From an uncultured virus (IMG/VR IMGVR_UViG_3300043932_000239) (lineage: Duplodnaviria > Heunggongvirae > Uroviricota > Caudoviricetes), in the IMG/VR virus record IMGVR_UViG_3300043932_000239: a stretch of DNA of 64,000 nt. One strand, given 5' to 3'. The translations under genes were made by a program, and so were the position numbers. Below are positions 17,144 through 27,254 of this stretch, piece by piece (the stretch's first letter is position 1; the number at the start of each line of letters is the position of its first letter). Under the pieces are notes generated by a model. The model had not been told where the DNA came from, did no database searches, and saw only the letters and a list, made by a program, of their open reading frames with translations.

Positions 17144-20100
17144 TTAGGCGAGGGTTGTGGACATGGCGGTGGTGCCGGTGTTGGAGTAGTACGACCAGGA
17201 GATCTGTCCGCCGCCTTTGTCGGTGATCGAGGTGATCCATCCCTTGTTGAGCAGGTTGATGAGCGTGTTGATGCGGCTCATGAGGTCTTTGACCCGGTCA
17301 AACAGGCGGGTCATGTTGTAGTAGGAGCTGTTCGTCACGACGTACAGGTCGTTCGTGCCGAACACGACTTTTGCTTTGTTCGACGGGGTCGCTAACGCCG
17401 CGAAGGTGCCCACGTTCGTGAGGGTGGCGTCTTGGAGGATGAGCGGCCGGTTACCGGAGGTGTAGGCAGCCCAGCCGTGCATGTACAACGCGGTGCCGAG
17501 GTGGATGCCGGATTGGCCGTGGAACTTTCCTTTCGGGTCCAACGTGAACAGGCTCGTGTAGGCCGTGTCGGTGGTGCTCTTCTTGTAGGACCAGTCGACG
17601 AAGTCTCCGGTGTATTCCAGTGCGTTGGTGATGCCGCGAATGTCGGGATAGTTGAGCTTGTACTGCTCACCCATCCACCCGATCTTTCGGGTGCCATACC
17701 AAAACGCCATCCCAGAACTCGTAATCTGCCCCTCCAACGAGGTGCCGGAGTACCAGGAGATCGCGGTCGGTGTAATGCGGATCGTGGAGGTCCACCCCGC
17801 CAACCCGACCTGGATCGCGTTTGATGCGAGCTTGTCGGCCGTGATGGACCCTGCTGCGATGCGGGCAGCTGCCAGGGTGCCGGTGGTGATTTTGGCGGCG
17901 TCCAGGCTCGCAATCTTCGCTGATGAGATGGCGGCGTCAGCGATCATCGCGGTTTGGATAAACCCATTGGCGATCGTGAGCTTGTCCGAGGTGATCGACC
18001 CGGCCGCAATCCTGGCTGCCGCCAGAGTGCCGGTCGTGATCTTGGCTGCCGACAGGTTCGCAATCTTCGCATCCGTGATCGCTGCGTCCGCGATCATCGC
18101 GCTGGTGATGAACCCGGCGGCGATGGTCAGCTTGTCCGAGGTGATCGACCCGGCCGCAATCCTGGCTGCCGCCAGGGTCCCGGTCGTGATCTTGGCAGCG
18201 GACAGGTTCGCAATCTTCGCATCCGTAATGGCAGCGTCTGCGATCATCGCGGTTTGGATGAACCCATTGGCGATCGTGAGCTTGTCCGAGGTGATCGACC
18301 CGGCCGCAATCCTGGCTGCCGCCAGAGTGCCGGTGGTGATCTTGGCTGCCGACAGGTCGGAGATTTTCGCATCCGTGATCGCAGCATTGGCGATCATCGC
18401 ATTGGTGATGAACCCGGCCGCGATCGTGAGTTTGTCGGAGGTGATCGCACCGGCTTTCACATGCGTGGCAGTGATCGCGTTGGCGGCGATCTTGTCGGTC
18501 GTGATCGCCCCGTCCTCAATGAGGGTGGCTCCGGTCATTGGGCGAAGCCTGATCCCGCCAATGCTGATGATCGCGGTCTGTTCCGTGCCGTTTGTGTGGT
18601 TGAAATACGCCGAACCGAGACGCACCTGAGTCGTCGAGGCCGACATTGTGTACCGGCAGGAAAACCTCGTCCACTCGGTGGGAACGTCCACGTTGTTGAG
18701 CAGATACGCTCCGCTTCCCACTGGACTGTCACCAGCGGTCAGGACAGTGGATGCGGTACCAGCGTGGGTACCGGACTGGTTGAGCAGGGCAAGGAAGAAC
18801 TTGGATCCAGGCTTGTCGGCCTTGATCCAAATCTCGAACCCATACGTCGCCCCAGGGGTCACCGGCACGAACAGGTCCGCTGTCGTGAGCATGAGGGTCT
18901 CTTGACCCGCCGATGTCACCAGAGAGGCACCGTATCCGGTGGGTTTGTCGTCGGTCGTTCGTGTCAGTTGGGTGGGCCACCACGCGGGCTCGGCCGCAAT
19001 GTCACCTCCGGGGAGGATGTTGTCGGGGGCAGCGACAAGCAGTTTGTTGGTGGTGAGCTGTTTGAAGAAGGCTGCATCACCGATGATCTTCTTGACGGCC
19101 GCCTCGTTCATCCTGGCCGTGCCGGAGACGACGAGGGCGTTGACGTCGACGGAGGCGATGACCTCGTGGCGCAGCGTGGTGGCAAGCCAACTGGTGCCAT
19201 TCCAGGTCCACTGGCCGATGATCACCCCGCCCGTGTGCCGCCACCACGTATCCCCAGTCCTCGTGCCACTTCCTGATGGTGAGCTGGTGGACAGGGTGAG
19301 AGTGTTCTTCCCGTTCGCAGAGGTCTGGATCTCCGTGGTGATTTCGCTGCGCGCCTGAGCGAGCGCCGCATTGAGCGCTGCTTGTGCTTGGGCGAGAGTT
19401 TGGGCGGCTTTCGTGGCTGCGTCGGCACTCGCTGCAGCGATTGCAGCGGCCTTCGCCGCATCCGCCTTACTCGTGGCATCAGTTGCTGCAGCCGCCAACG
19501 CATCTGCCTTCGCCTTATCCGCCTTGGCGGTGGCGTCAGCTTTCGCTGCAGTGATCGCAGCAGCCTGCGCCTGTTGGGTGAGCTGAGCAACCTCCGCATC
19601 CGACGGTTTGGAATCAGCAAGGGCGTAGGCGGCGTCTGCTGCTGCCTGAGCATTCGCCGCAGCACTCGATGCGGATGCAGCTTTCGAAGCTGCGTCTCGA
19701 GCGACACCGTCGGTGACGGGAACCCAGGCGGTGCCGTCCCACCGTTTGGGGGTGTTCGCCCCGCCGGTCGTGTCAATCCACAGCGTCGAGGCCTTGCGCA
19801 TACTGGCTGCGGGTGTGGCCGCTTGGATGAGTACGTCAGCTTTCCCATCCGCAATCCCCGCTGCTCGTGCGGCTTCCTGGGTTGCAGCTTGTGCTGCCTG
19901 CGCGGCACTTGCTGCTTCATTGTGGGCGGCTTGAGCATCCGCTGCGAGGCTGCTGATCTGCTGGTCCACACCTGACAGGCGGGTATTCAGCGAGCTGAGT
20001 TCCTGGGCGGCTTGTGCCGCCTGCGCATCCACATCGTCGAGCCGCGAATCCAGTGAGGAGACGGCGGTGGCGGTGTCGGCGAGATCCTCCTCAGCCTGAG

Positions 20101-21736
20101 ACAGCCTCGAAGCCCACTGCTGGCTTGCAGTGTTGATCTGGTCAGCGAGCGCACCCGCCCGTGTCGCCTCATCCCGCGTGGTAGCGAGTTCGTTTTCGAC
20201 CTCGTCGAGGCGGCGGCCAATCTCACCGCTATCTGCGAGGACCTGCTGGGCGGTCGCGGCTGCCTGTGCGGCGTCATTCTTCGCTTGCTCAATCTCGACT
20301 TGTGCGCTCGCAAGACGCGCACCCACCTGGTCGGCCGTAGCCTGCGCATCGTCAGCTGCCTGCTGGGCTGCTGCGACCTCTGCGCGTGCTGCGTCGAGCT
20401 CGGCGGACAGTTGGGCGTGGTTGAGATCGGTGGCGACAGCGACCCAGCCGGGCTGGCCCGTGTCGGTGATCTGGTACACCCAGATTTCGATTTGTTCGCC
20501 GTTCTCACGAAACCAGGTATCCCCAAGCCGAGCAGACGTGGGTTGGGTGGGTCCGTAGTAGTTGGTGGTTTTTCCGTCCGCACTCGCCAAGGCAATACCG
20601 GCGAGATCCGTGGCAGCCTCAGCGGTTTTCACCGCATTGGTGACGGTGCGAGTGACAGACGTAAACGACCGGGCGACCGATCCGAGATCAACAGAAATGT
20701 ACTGGCGGGTCAACGGGTTGTATTCGTAGGCGACCACCCGTGCCGACAGGGCAACCCCGAGGTCGTCGTGCCGGACGGTGAGCGTGTCACCGAGCTCAAC
20801 TGTTTCGAGGGTGGCGAGGTCGGCGTATTCCTTCGTGGAGGCAAGGTCCATGAAGGAGACGGTGTAGGAGGCGGACGGCTCATCCACGCAGGCCTGCGTG
20901 TATTCAAGGCGGGCGCGCCTGCGTAACTCCGCCAGCGCATCCTCAAGTGGGAGTTCGTCTTCGCGAGGCCGTTCAGGATCCTTGATGGCCTTCACGTCCT
21001 GGTAACGCAAGACCCGGATGTGAGGAACCTGGTAGTTACCGATCTTTTCCGAGTCGACATACAGCTCTGGCAGGAGAAGGCCGTCGTAGCCGATGGGCAG
21101 AATCCGCGTCACCACGCTCGACATGTCGATGGTCGACTGGTAGCCGGTGAGGTTCTTCCGATCCCTGATGACGACACCACGGTTCTGGCCACGGGTGTGT
21201 GCGTGGTGGATGTGCCAGTTGTCCCGGGTGATCTCCCCGCCCCACCTCGAGGCGAAGCTGTTGTCTTCACCGGTGTCCATGAGCGCCTGGGCAACCGGCA
21301 TACGCACAATCCGCGCCGACGCCCGACTCGAAGTGTCAGACGAGGAGGCGGTGAAGCCGTGGGCCGTGTTTGCAGATCCCAGGATTTGGGTGAGCGCAGC
21401 TGTAGGGGTTTGGTTGACGACGAAGGTGTCGGCGATGAGGTTGGCGGCCAGGTCGTAGAACATGTGGAAACACGTCACCTCGAGCATCGAGCCGAGTTGT
21501 GTGGTGACCTCGTGGATGCGAAAACCCTGCCGAGCCTCCAACCCCGGCACCGGCGTGGACACGATGTTCTCGGGGACCAAGTGTGCTGCCGCTGGGCCAC
21601 CTGCGGGATAGGTGAAGGAGAGTTGGAATCCGCCGCCGAGTTCTTCGGAGACAACGGGGTTGATGATGTCCCTGTCCAACACCCCCACACCCGTTGCGGT
21701 AAACGAAGTGGCAGTGCGGTCATGAACCGAAATCAT
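17144..21736 (-). CDS. Tail spike/baseplate hub fused to tail fibre (host-recognition protein)
   Basis: N-terminal phage tail domain (RWGGEITRDN, VVTRILPIGYDGL, VELGDT), Ala-rich coiled coil, carbohydrate-binding-like segment, 50-aa repeats. Confidence 0.88.
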   Translation of the reverse strand: MISVHDRTATSFTATGVGVLDRDIINPVVSEELGGGFQLSFTYPAGGPAAAHLVPENIVSTPVPGLEARQGFRIHEVTTQLGSMLEVTCFHMFYDLAANLIADTFVVNQTPTAALTQILGSANTAHGFTASSSDTSSRASARIVRMPVAQALMDTGEDNSFASRWGGEITRDNWHIHHAHTRGQNRGVVIRDRKNLTGYQSTIDMSSVVTRILPIGYDGLLLPELYVDSEKIGNYQVPHIRVLRYQDVKAIKDPERPREDELPLEDALAELRRRARLEYTQACVDEPSASYTVSFMDLASTKEYADLATLETVELGDTLTVRHDDLGVALSARVVAYEYNPLTRQYISVDLGSVARSFTSVTRTVTNAVKTAEAATDLAGIALASADGKTTNYYGPTQPTSARLGDTWFRENGEQIEIWVYQITDTGQPGWVAVATDLNHAQLSAELDAARAEVAAAQQAADDAQATADQVGARLASAQVEIEQAKNDAAQAAATAQQVLADSGEIGRRLDEVENELATTRDEATRAGALADQINTASQQWASRLSQAEEDLADTATAVSSLDSRLDDVDAQAAQAAQELSSLNTRLSGVDQQISSLAADAQAAHNEAASAAQAAQAATQEAARAAGIADGKADVLIQAATPAASMRKASTLWIDTTGGANTPKRWDGTAWVPVTDGVARDAASKAASASSAAANAQAAADAAYALADSKPSDAEVAQLTQQAQAAAITAAKADATAKADKAKADALAAAATDATSKADAAKAAAIAAASADAATKAAQTLAQAQAALNAALAQARSEITTEIQTSANGKNTLTLSTSSPSGSGTRTGDTWWRHTGGVIIGQWTWNGTSWLATTLRHEVIASVDVNALVVSGTARMNEAAVKKIIGDAAFFKQLTTNKLLVAAPDNILPGGDIAAEPAWWPTQLTRTTDDKPTGYGASLVTSAGQETLMLTTADLFVPVTPGATYGFEIWIKADKPGSKFFLALLNQSGTHAGTASTVLTAGDSPVGSGAYLLNNVDVPTEWTRFSCRYTMSASTTQVRLGSAYFNHTNGTEQTAIISIGGIRLRPMTGATLIEDGAITTDKIAANAITATHVKAGAITSDKLTIAAGFITNAMIANAAITDAKISDLSAAKITTGTLAAARIAAGSITSDKLTIANGFIQTAMIADAAITDAKIANLSAAKITTGTLAAARIAAGSITSDKLTIAAGFITSAMIADAAITDAKIANLSAAKITTGTLAAARIAAGSITSDKLTIANGFIQTAMIADAAISSAKIASLDAAKITTGTLAAARIAAGSITADKLASNAIQVGLAGWTSTIRITPTAISWYSGTSLEGQITSSGMAFWYGTRKIGWMGEQYKLNYPDIRGITNALEYTGDFVDWSYKKSTTDTAYTSLFTLDPKGKFHGQSGIHLGTALYMHGWAAYTSGNRPLILQDATLTNVGTFAALATPSNKAKVVFGTNDLYVVTNSSYYNMTRLFDRVKDLMSRINTLINLLNKGWITSITDKGGGQISWSYYSNTGTTAMSTTLA
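17820..18510 (-). repeat. About 4.5 tandem 150-bp (50-aa) repeats in the tail fibre
   Basis: CTTGTCCGAG-like anchors at 17831, 17981, 18131, 18281, 18431; unit AAKITTGTLAAARIAAGSITSDKLTIA(N/A)GFI..AMIADAAITDAKIANLS. Confidence 0.92.
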
Positions 21737-21751
21737 TCGGGCCTCCAAACA

Positions 21752-21784
21752 ACACAAAGACCACCCCGCCCAAGCGGAGTGGTC
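21752..21784 (-). terminator. Hairpin/terminator-like element between the distal tail and tail spike genes
   Basis: GACCACCCCGC-CCAA-GCGGAGTGGTC followed by TTTGTGTT on the - strand. Confidence 0.45.
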
Positions 21785-21805
21785 GAAGAAGAATGAGGAT
21801 GTGGG

Positions 21806-22498
21806 TTAGGGGTTGCGCCAGTTCGGAACCACGACGATCTTCGAGATGCCGGTGCCGAGCTTGATCTGATTCACCCCAGGCGTGAGCACCGGGAATGGCC
21901 CAGTGAGCGCATCACTCGCGACTTTTCCGGACACGTGAGCAACCAGCCGCGCAGAATCCAACGTCACCTGGCCTGACGGTGAGCGCACCTGGTGGACGAT
22001 GCCGTTGACCGTAAGCGCAAGCGTGCCCGTCCCCGTGAGGGTGATGATCGGGTCCGCATCCAGCAGGCCCGGGTTTGTCACGGTACCAGTGGTGGTGAGC
22101 GTGATCGGGTTCAGCCCCGAATCGAGGTAGCTGAAAGGCTGGCAGGTGAGCGTCGCGGTGAAGAACCCCCACCCTGCCGACTCCCGCTTGAGTGGCTCGA
22201 CGTGCACATGTTTGACGAGTCGGAACACGCCCGGCTCACCCGAAAACGCAATCGTTGAAGCGTTGATCAAAGCGTGGGCCGCTGTCGCAAACGCGCCCAG
22301 TCCACCGTCCAGGCGGATTGCGAGTTCCAGGTCGATCTCGCTATCCCTCCACCCCGTAAACCTCGTAAGGGTGCCTGCCCGACCTTCCACCTCAATGTCA
22401 TCCACCGCCCGAATGGAAGCGGGCATGCTCACTGGGGCGGTGAGCCGCAGGCCAAGGGAGGTGGAGGTGGTCTGGTGGTTGAGAGTAAACCCGTACAC
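21806..22498 (-). CDS. Distal tail protein (Dit)
   Basis: GTG 22498; IEVEGRAGTL, CQPFSY, NPG..DADPIIT, FPVLTPGVN, PNWR; follows the tape measure gene. Confidence 0.85.
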   Translation of the reverse strand: MYGFTLNHQTTSTSLGLRLTAPVSMPASIRAVDDIEVEGRAGTLTRFTGWRDSEIDLELAIRLDGGLGAFATAAHALINASTIAFSGEPGVFRLVKHVHVEPLKRESAGWGFFTATLTCQPFSYLDSGLNPITLTTTGTVTNPGLLDADPIITLTGTGTLALTVNGIVHQVRSPSGQVTLDSARLVAHVSGKVASDALTGPFPVLTPGVNQIKLGTGISKIVVVPNWRNP

Positions 22499-22499
22499 G

Positions 22500-25178
22500 T
22501 CACACACCTCCCGCAAGGATGCTGTTCCTACGGTCGAGACGAGCAAGCTGGCGATCGAAAGCGGGTGCGAGTTTGCCGACGAGCGTCCCATCATTGAGCA
22601 CAACAGAAATGTCGAGGGAACCGAGGATCCGTCTGGCGGTCGCGTCGACAATCCCCGCCACATCCACCCCGCCAGCCTCGCCCGTCGAACGGTCGGCGCG
22701 GTTGGCTGGGATCGACGTCGGGTCAAGGTCAACGGTGGGAACCTGAAGTGCGGATTCCACCTCGAGTGGGACGCTCAGGCCTTCTTCCAACGCTGCGAAA
22801 GCGTCCATGGTGCCTTGGGCCAGACCGTGTGCCGCGTCGATGGCCTTGGAGCCGTCGGTGCGGATGGACCCGGCCAGGCCTTCGACGAGCATTTGGCCCG
22901 CCCACGCCATCTTGCGAGAGGGTGAGTGGATGCCGAAGAAGCTCGTGACCGAGTTCCAAATCCCGCTCGCCCAGCTCGAGACTTGCTTCCACAACCATCC
23001 TGCGAGGGATTGGATGCCGTTCCACAATCCGTAGACGAGGTTCTTGCCTGCCTCCATCATTTGGCCTACGCCTTGGCCGACTGCTCCGACGATGCCGGAG
23101 ATGATGGATGGGATTGCGGAGACGATCGAACCGATGATCTGAGGCAACGCCCCGACCAGGGCGGTGAGCAGGCTGATTCCTGCTTGGACGAGTTGTGGGA
23201 TCGCCCCACCAATGGCCGACACGATCGCCGCAATGATCTGCGGTAGGGCCGCAACGATCGTCGAAATGATCTGAGGCAGCGCACCAATCAGAGCCGTCAA
23301 GAGCTGTACGCCTGCTTGGATGAGTTGCGGGATCGCGCCCACGATTCCACCAATAATCGACGTGATGATTTGGGGCAGCACGGCGACGACGGTGGTGATG
23401 ATCTGAGGCAACGCCCCCACCAGCGCCGTCAACAGTTGGATGCCTGCGTCGATGATTTGTGGGATCGCTGCGACCAGGAACGTCACAATCGCGGTAATGA
23501 TCTGCGGCAAGGCCTCGACAAGCACTGGCATGGCGGCGATGAGCCCTTCGGCCAGGCCGAGAATCAGCTGCAATGCCGCATCCAGAATCATCGGCAGGTT
23601 GTCGGCCAGGGACTGGACCAAGGCCATGATCATGCCCACCGCCGCAGGGATCAGCTCCGGCAGGGCCTCACCTATACCGGAGACAAGGGTGGCGATGATC
23701 TGCAAGGCCGCGTCCATGAGCGCAGGCAGTGCCTCATTGATTGCCTCCACCAGTGCCACCACCAGCGTGACCGCTGTTTCGGCCAGTTGGGGTAGGACGG
23801 CGATGATGCCCTCCAGGAGTGCGGTGAGGATCTGCATGCCCGACTCGACCACCACCGGCAACTGTTCGGCGATGAAGGCAAGCGCTTCTTGCAAGACGGT
23901 GCCGAGGGTTTCGATGAGTGCGGGTGCGCCGCCTTCCTCGAACGCGGTGGTGAGTTCGTCGATCCACCCGTTGACCATCGGCATGACCGTCCCGGCCAAC
24001 GCGTCCGACAGACCAGAAGCGAGCAGTCCTTTGAGGTTGTCGACCCCGTCTTGCATGGTCGCCAACTGTCCGGAGAAGGTTTTCGATTGGGCTTCCATCG
24101 CCCCGTAGAACCGGCCACCCTCACTCGTAGCAGAAGCGAAGGCGTCGGCCACCATGTCAGCGCTGATTGCGCCTTGGCTCATTTCCTCTTTGAGCTCACC
24201 GATGGACTTTCCGGTCTTGCGGGAGATTTCCTCGAGCGGGTTGAACCCGGCGTTGATCATCTGGTTCAAGTCCTGACCGGTGAGCTTCCCGGTCGACGAC
24301 ATTTGAGCAAACGCCAGGGTCAAGGATTCGAGCTTGGTGGCGTCCCCTTGGGAAATGTCACCCAACTGGCCGAGGCGCAGTTTCGCTTCGTCGGCGCTAA
24401 TCCCAAACGCCATCAACGTCTGCGTGTTTTTCGCCAGATCCTCCATACCGAACGGGGTACGAGCGGCCTCAGCTTTCAAATCGTTGACGAGGGCCTGGGC
24501 TTTCGCCTGATCACCCAACATCGTGGTGAACGAGGTCGTGTACTGCTCCATCCGCGCGTTGTACTCGACCCCGTCCTTTATCGCAGAGGCGAACCCTTTA
24601 CCGACAGCGCCGATCGCGGACACGATGCCGCGCACCGCGCCCACGATCGCTTCGGATGCAAGATTCGCTTTGAGGACGTCACCGAAGATGCGGGTCTTCC
24701 CGGACGTGTCGTCCAGCTCCCCGCCCAGGTCATCAACCGCGTCTTCGAGTTTGCCGGTCTGCCCGGCTGCGTCTTTGGCCTCATCTCCTGCGCCGTCAGA
24801 GTTGGTCTCGAACTCCTTGAGCTTGTCGTTGTTCCCCTCGAGTTCTTTTTCCAACCCGTTGAGGGTGGCTTGGGCGTTGTTGAGCTGGATCTGCCAGTTC
24901 TTCGTCCGAGAATCATTCTCCCCAAACGACGCAGCAGAGTTATCTAACGCTGCCCGCAGGGTCTCCACCTTGGAGCGTTGCGCGTCAATCTCCTTAGCGA
25001 GCACCTGGTTCTTCGCTGTCAGGGAGGCGGCGGAGGTTTCGTTCTTGTCGAACGCGGAAGCTGCGAGCTTCATTTCCGAGCCGAGCACCCGCATCTCACG
25101 GTTGATATCCGCGATCGCCTTCTTGAACTCGCGCTCACCCTCCAGGCCGATCTTCAAACCGAAAGTGGAATCAGCCAT
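22500..25178 (-). CDS. Tail tape measure protein
   Basis: FGLKIGLEGEREFK start, tape-measure domain (AARTPF...LGDISQGD), ALPQII periodic repeats, FFGIHSPSR. Confidence 0.93.
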   Translation of the reverse strand: MADSTFGLKIGLEGEREFKKAIADINREMRVLGSEMKLAASAFDKNETSAASLTAKNQVLAKEIDAQRSKVETLRAALDNSAASFGENDSRTKNWQIQLNNAQATLNGLEKELEGNNDKLKEFETNSDGAGDEAKDAAGQTGKLEDAVDDLGGELDDTSGKTRIFGDVLKANLASEAIVGAVRGIVSAIGAVGKGFASAIKDGVEYNARMEQYTTSFTTMLGDQAKAQALVNDLKAEAARTPFGMEDLAKNTQTLMAFGISADEAKLRLGQLGDISQGDATKLESLTLAFAQMSSTGKLTGQDLNQMINAGFNPLEEISRKTGKSIGELKEEMSQGAISADMVADAFASATSEGGRFYGAMEAQSKTFSGQLATMQDGVDNLKGLLASGLSDALAGTVMPMVNGWIDELTTAFEEGGAPALIETLGTVLQEALAFIAEQLPVVVESGMQILTALLEGIIAVLPQLAETAVTLVVALVEAINEALPALMDAALQIIATLVSGIGEALPELIPAAVGMIMALVQSLADNLPMILDAALQLILGLAEGLIAAMPVLVEALPQIITAIVTFLVAAIPQIIDAGIQLLTALVGALPQIITTVVAVLPQIITSIIGGIVGAIPQLIQAGVQLLTALIGALPQIISTIVAALPQIIAAIVSAIGGAIPQLVQAGISLLTALVGALPQIIGSIVSAIPSIISGIVGAVGQGVGQMMEAGKNLVYGLWNGIQSLAGWLWKQVSSWASGIWNSVTSFFGIHSPSRKMAWAGQMLVEGLAGSIRTDGSKAIDAAHGLAQGTMDAFAALEEGLSVPLEVESALQVPTVDLDPTSIPANRADRSTGEAGGVDVAGIVDATARRILGSLDISVVLNDGTLVGKLAPAFDRQLARLDRRNSILAGGV

Positions 25179-25223
25179 CGGTCACTCCTGTGCTCTGTGA
25201 AGGGTCGAACGGGGGTCGGCGGC

Positions 25224-25445
25224 TTAGATGCCTGGTGGGATGACGTCGTCGATGAACCATTGGCGTTGGGGTTGTGCGCGGCCGGTTTCAATGCGCCAGC
25301 AGTCGACGAGGTCGAGGAGGTGCCCAAACACCATGAAGCCCACCTCAACCTGGGTCAGGTGGAGGTGGGCCAGGGCGATGTAGGTGAGGCGGGTGAAGAC
25401 CGCTCCATCGCCTTCGACTACTCGTCCCGTGGTGGTGCTTTTGGG
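25224..25445 (-). CDS. -1 frameshift extension of the tail assembly chaperone (gpGT-like)
   Basis: Slippery heptamer C CCA AAA at 25439-25445; -1 frame open to TAA 25224 (...FTRLTYIALAHL...IDDVIPPGI). Confidence 0.75.
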   Translation of the reverse strand, partial: PKSTTTGRVVEGDGAVFTRLTYIALAHLHLTQVEVGFMVFGHLLDLVDCWRIETGRAQPQRQWFIDDVIPPGI

Positions 25446-25837
25446 GCGGGCTCGGTGAGGATTTCTCTGCGTGTGCCTCGCTGCAATGCTTCTGCGATGG
25501 CGCTGCGGTAGTCGGTGAGGTCGGCTGGCACGGTCAACAGTTCCACCTCATCCACACTCAGCTCTGCCCGCTGATCGTCGGGGTGACGGAGGTTGTGAAT
25601 CTGGACGGACTGATTGGCGAGCAGAGTGATCAGCCAGATCACTTCACCGAGGGTGTGGCCGAGGTCATCGGAAGTTTCGAGGGCCTGTCCGAGGTATTCA
25701 AGTCCGCCGTAGCGTTCTGCGATGAGGCGGGTGGCTTTCGTGGTGAGGATGAGCTCGTACTCTCGGTTGCCGATGCTGACGAGGGCTGAGCGGTCCGGTT
25801 CTACCATCCGCTTGGTCTTGCTGTTCTTCGTGGTCAT
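25418..25837 (-). CDS. Tail assembly chaperone (gpG-like)
   Basis: ATG 25837 overlapping the major tail stop; YELILTTKAT...RYGGLE...WLITLLANQ. Confidence 0.8.
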   Translation of the reverse strand: MTTKNSKTKRMVEPDRSALVSIGNREYELILTTKATRLIAERYGGLEYLGQALETSDDLGHTLGEVIWLITLLANQSVQIHNLRHPDDQRAELSVDEVELLTVPADLTDYRSAIAEALQRGTRREILTEPAPKAPPRDE

Positions 25838-26466
25838 GCGCTGGCCCCCGAAGGCTTCGACGTCGACGTCGACGAGGACGTAGACGTGGTGGTGGGTTCG
25901 TAGACGTTCTGGTACCAGGTGGTGATCACGTCTGCCTTCACACCTGCAGCGCCTTCGGTGACTTCGGCCTTCCATGGGTGCTTGCCAGTGACGTCCGGCT
26001 TGTTGCGCCGTAGGATCGTGCCCTCAATGGACGGGGTGGAGAAGGTGATCGAGTCACCCTTCGTGGCGAGCGTTTCTGTGGGGAGCGCGAACTTGACCCG
26101 GTAGAGCCAGAAGTACTGGTAGGTGCCGTTCGACCTGGCGGCTCTGAATCCGATCGCAACCGGGGTGCCACCGTCTTCCGAGGCCGAGATGAGGACGCCG
26201 TTGCCGTCCACGGTCGCTCCGGTGAGGGCTGCTGCGGCCTGCGCGCCGAGATCGTCAATGCCGAGGGTGATGGTGCCGGACTTGAATTCTTTGACGATTT
26301 CAGAGGGGCCGTCGTCGGCGTAGAGGATTGCTTCTGCGACTTCGACGGAGAGCTCCGCACTGATCGCTTTCGCCAAGGGTGTGGGGGTCGCGTATTGCTC
26401 CTCACCGGTTTGGGGGTCTTCGGTGATCGTGGCGTAGTAGAGCTTGTCGAGGCCAATGGTTGCCAT
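25834..26466 (-). CDS. Major tail protein (phi13 family-like)
   Basis: MATIGLDKLYYA, LYADDG, VAIGFRA, YFWLYRVKF, TKGDSITF. Confidence 0.9.
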   Translation of the reverse strand: MATIGLDKLYYATITEDPQTGEEQYATPTPLAKAISAELSVEVAEAILYADDGPSEIVKEFKSGTITLGIDDLGAQAAAALTGATVDGNGVLISASEDGGTPVAIGFRAARSNGTYQYFWLYRVKFALPTETLATKGDSITFSTPSIEGTILRRNKPDVTGKHPWKAEVTEGAAGVKADVITTWYQNVYEPTTTSTSSSTSTSKPSGASA

Positions 26467-26478
26467 GGGGGTGTCCTT

Positions 26479-26832
26479 TCAACGGGGCTGGTAGGTGGCG
26501 GTGTCGATGCTGTAGTGGTGGTAGCCGGTATCCGGCTCGAAGCCGACATACCTTCGCGCCGTGACTGTCACCCCTGCGTCCAAGAAGGTGTCGGTGAGGG
26601 CGTCGCGTAGCGGCAGGTAGTTGCCGGTGGTGAACACGGACAGACGCACTTCTTCGATCTGGACTTCGGGCTGGTTGTCGGCGAATACGTCCAGCATGTC
26701 CACCAACGGCGTCGCGACCAGGTACGTGTCTGGCGGTGGGCTGGTTTGAAACAGGCCCACTTCGATGGGCAGCCCAAGACCGTCGGCGATAGCGGTGAGC
26801 TGCTCCAAGAGCGGCGGGTGCTGGTCGTTCAT
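26479..26832 (-). CDS. Tail terminator/completion protein
   Basis: Position plus ADNQP and YVGFEPDTGYHHY. Confidence 0.7.
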   Translation of the reverse strand: MNDQHPPLLEQLTAIADGLGLPIEVGLFQTSPPPDTYLVATPLVDMLDVFADNQPEVQIEEVRLSVFTTGNYLPLRDALTDTFLDAGVTVTARRYVGFEPDTGYHHYSIDTATYQPR

Positions 26833-27254
26833 GGTGCCACCTGATCAATCCGTGCAGCCAACGCTTGTTTCATGGCTTCGGTGGCCGCGCCCCTCGTTTG
26901 GGAGCGCGTGGGTGCAAGAAAAGGCCTGGCGGGTTGATTGGAGCGCCCGTATTCGAGGACGGTGGCGATGAGGGCGTGGGAACTGCCGTCGCGCCGGTTT
27001 TCAGCGAACCCGACTTTCACATTGTGGTCACCCTGGCTGTTGACCCGAGCGGCGGTGGTGCCCAGGGCTGCGAGCAACTGGCCAGTGGAACGATCAGAGT
27101 CGCTGATCGAGGCTTGCAGGTTGGATCGCATGCGCTGTTCCACTACGGCGGCACCGGCTTTGAGGACTTCCTCAGCCGATGAGTCCACAACAGCGGAAGC
27201 GGCGTTCAGAGAGTCAATGATGTCGGTGGGCAGGTTAATCGTCGCTTTCGCCAT
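26829..27254 (-). CDS. HK97 gp10-family neck protein
   Basis: STGQL, VKVGF, LEYGRSNQPARPFLAP; ATG 27254. Confidence 0.85.
   Translation of the reverse strand: MAKATINLPTDIIDSLNAASAVVDSSAEEVLKAGAAVVEQRMRSNLQASISDSDRSTGQLLAALGTTAARVNSQGDHNVKVGFAENRRDGSSHALIATVLEYGRSNQPARPFLAPTRSQTRGAATEAMKQALAARIDQVAP

Noticed and set aside
17652..19276. Long + strand repetitive ORFs; possible CRISPR or DGR repeats
   Set aside because: Antisense to tail fibre coding repeats; no spacers, no reverse transcriptase, no adenine-specific variation
23050..23800. Periodic repeats in the tape measure gene
   Set aside because: Ordinary amphipathic tape-measure repeats
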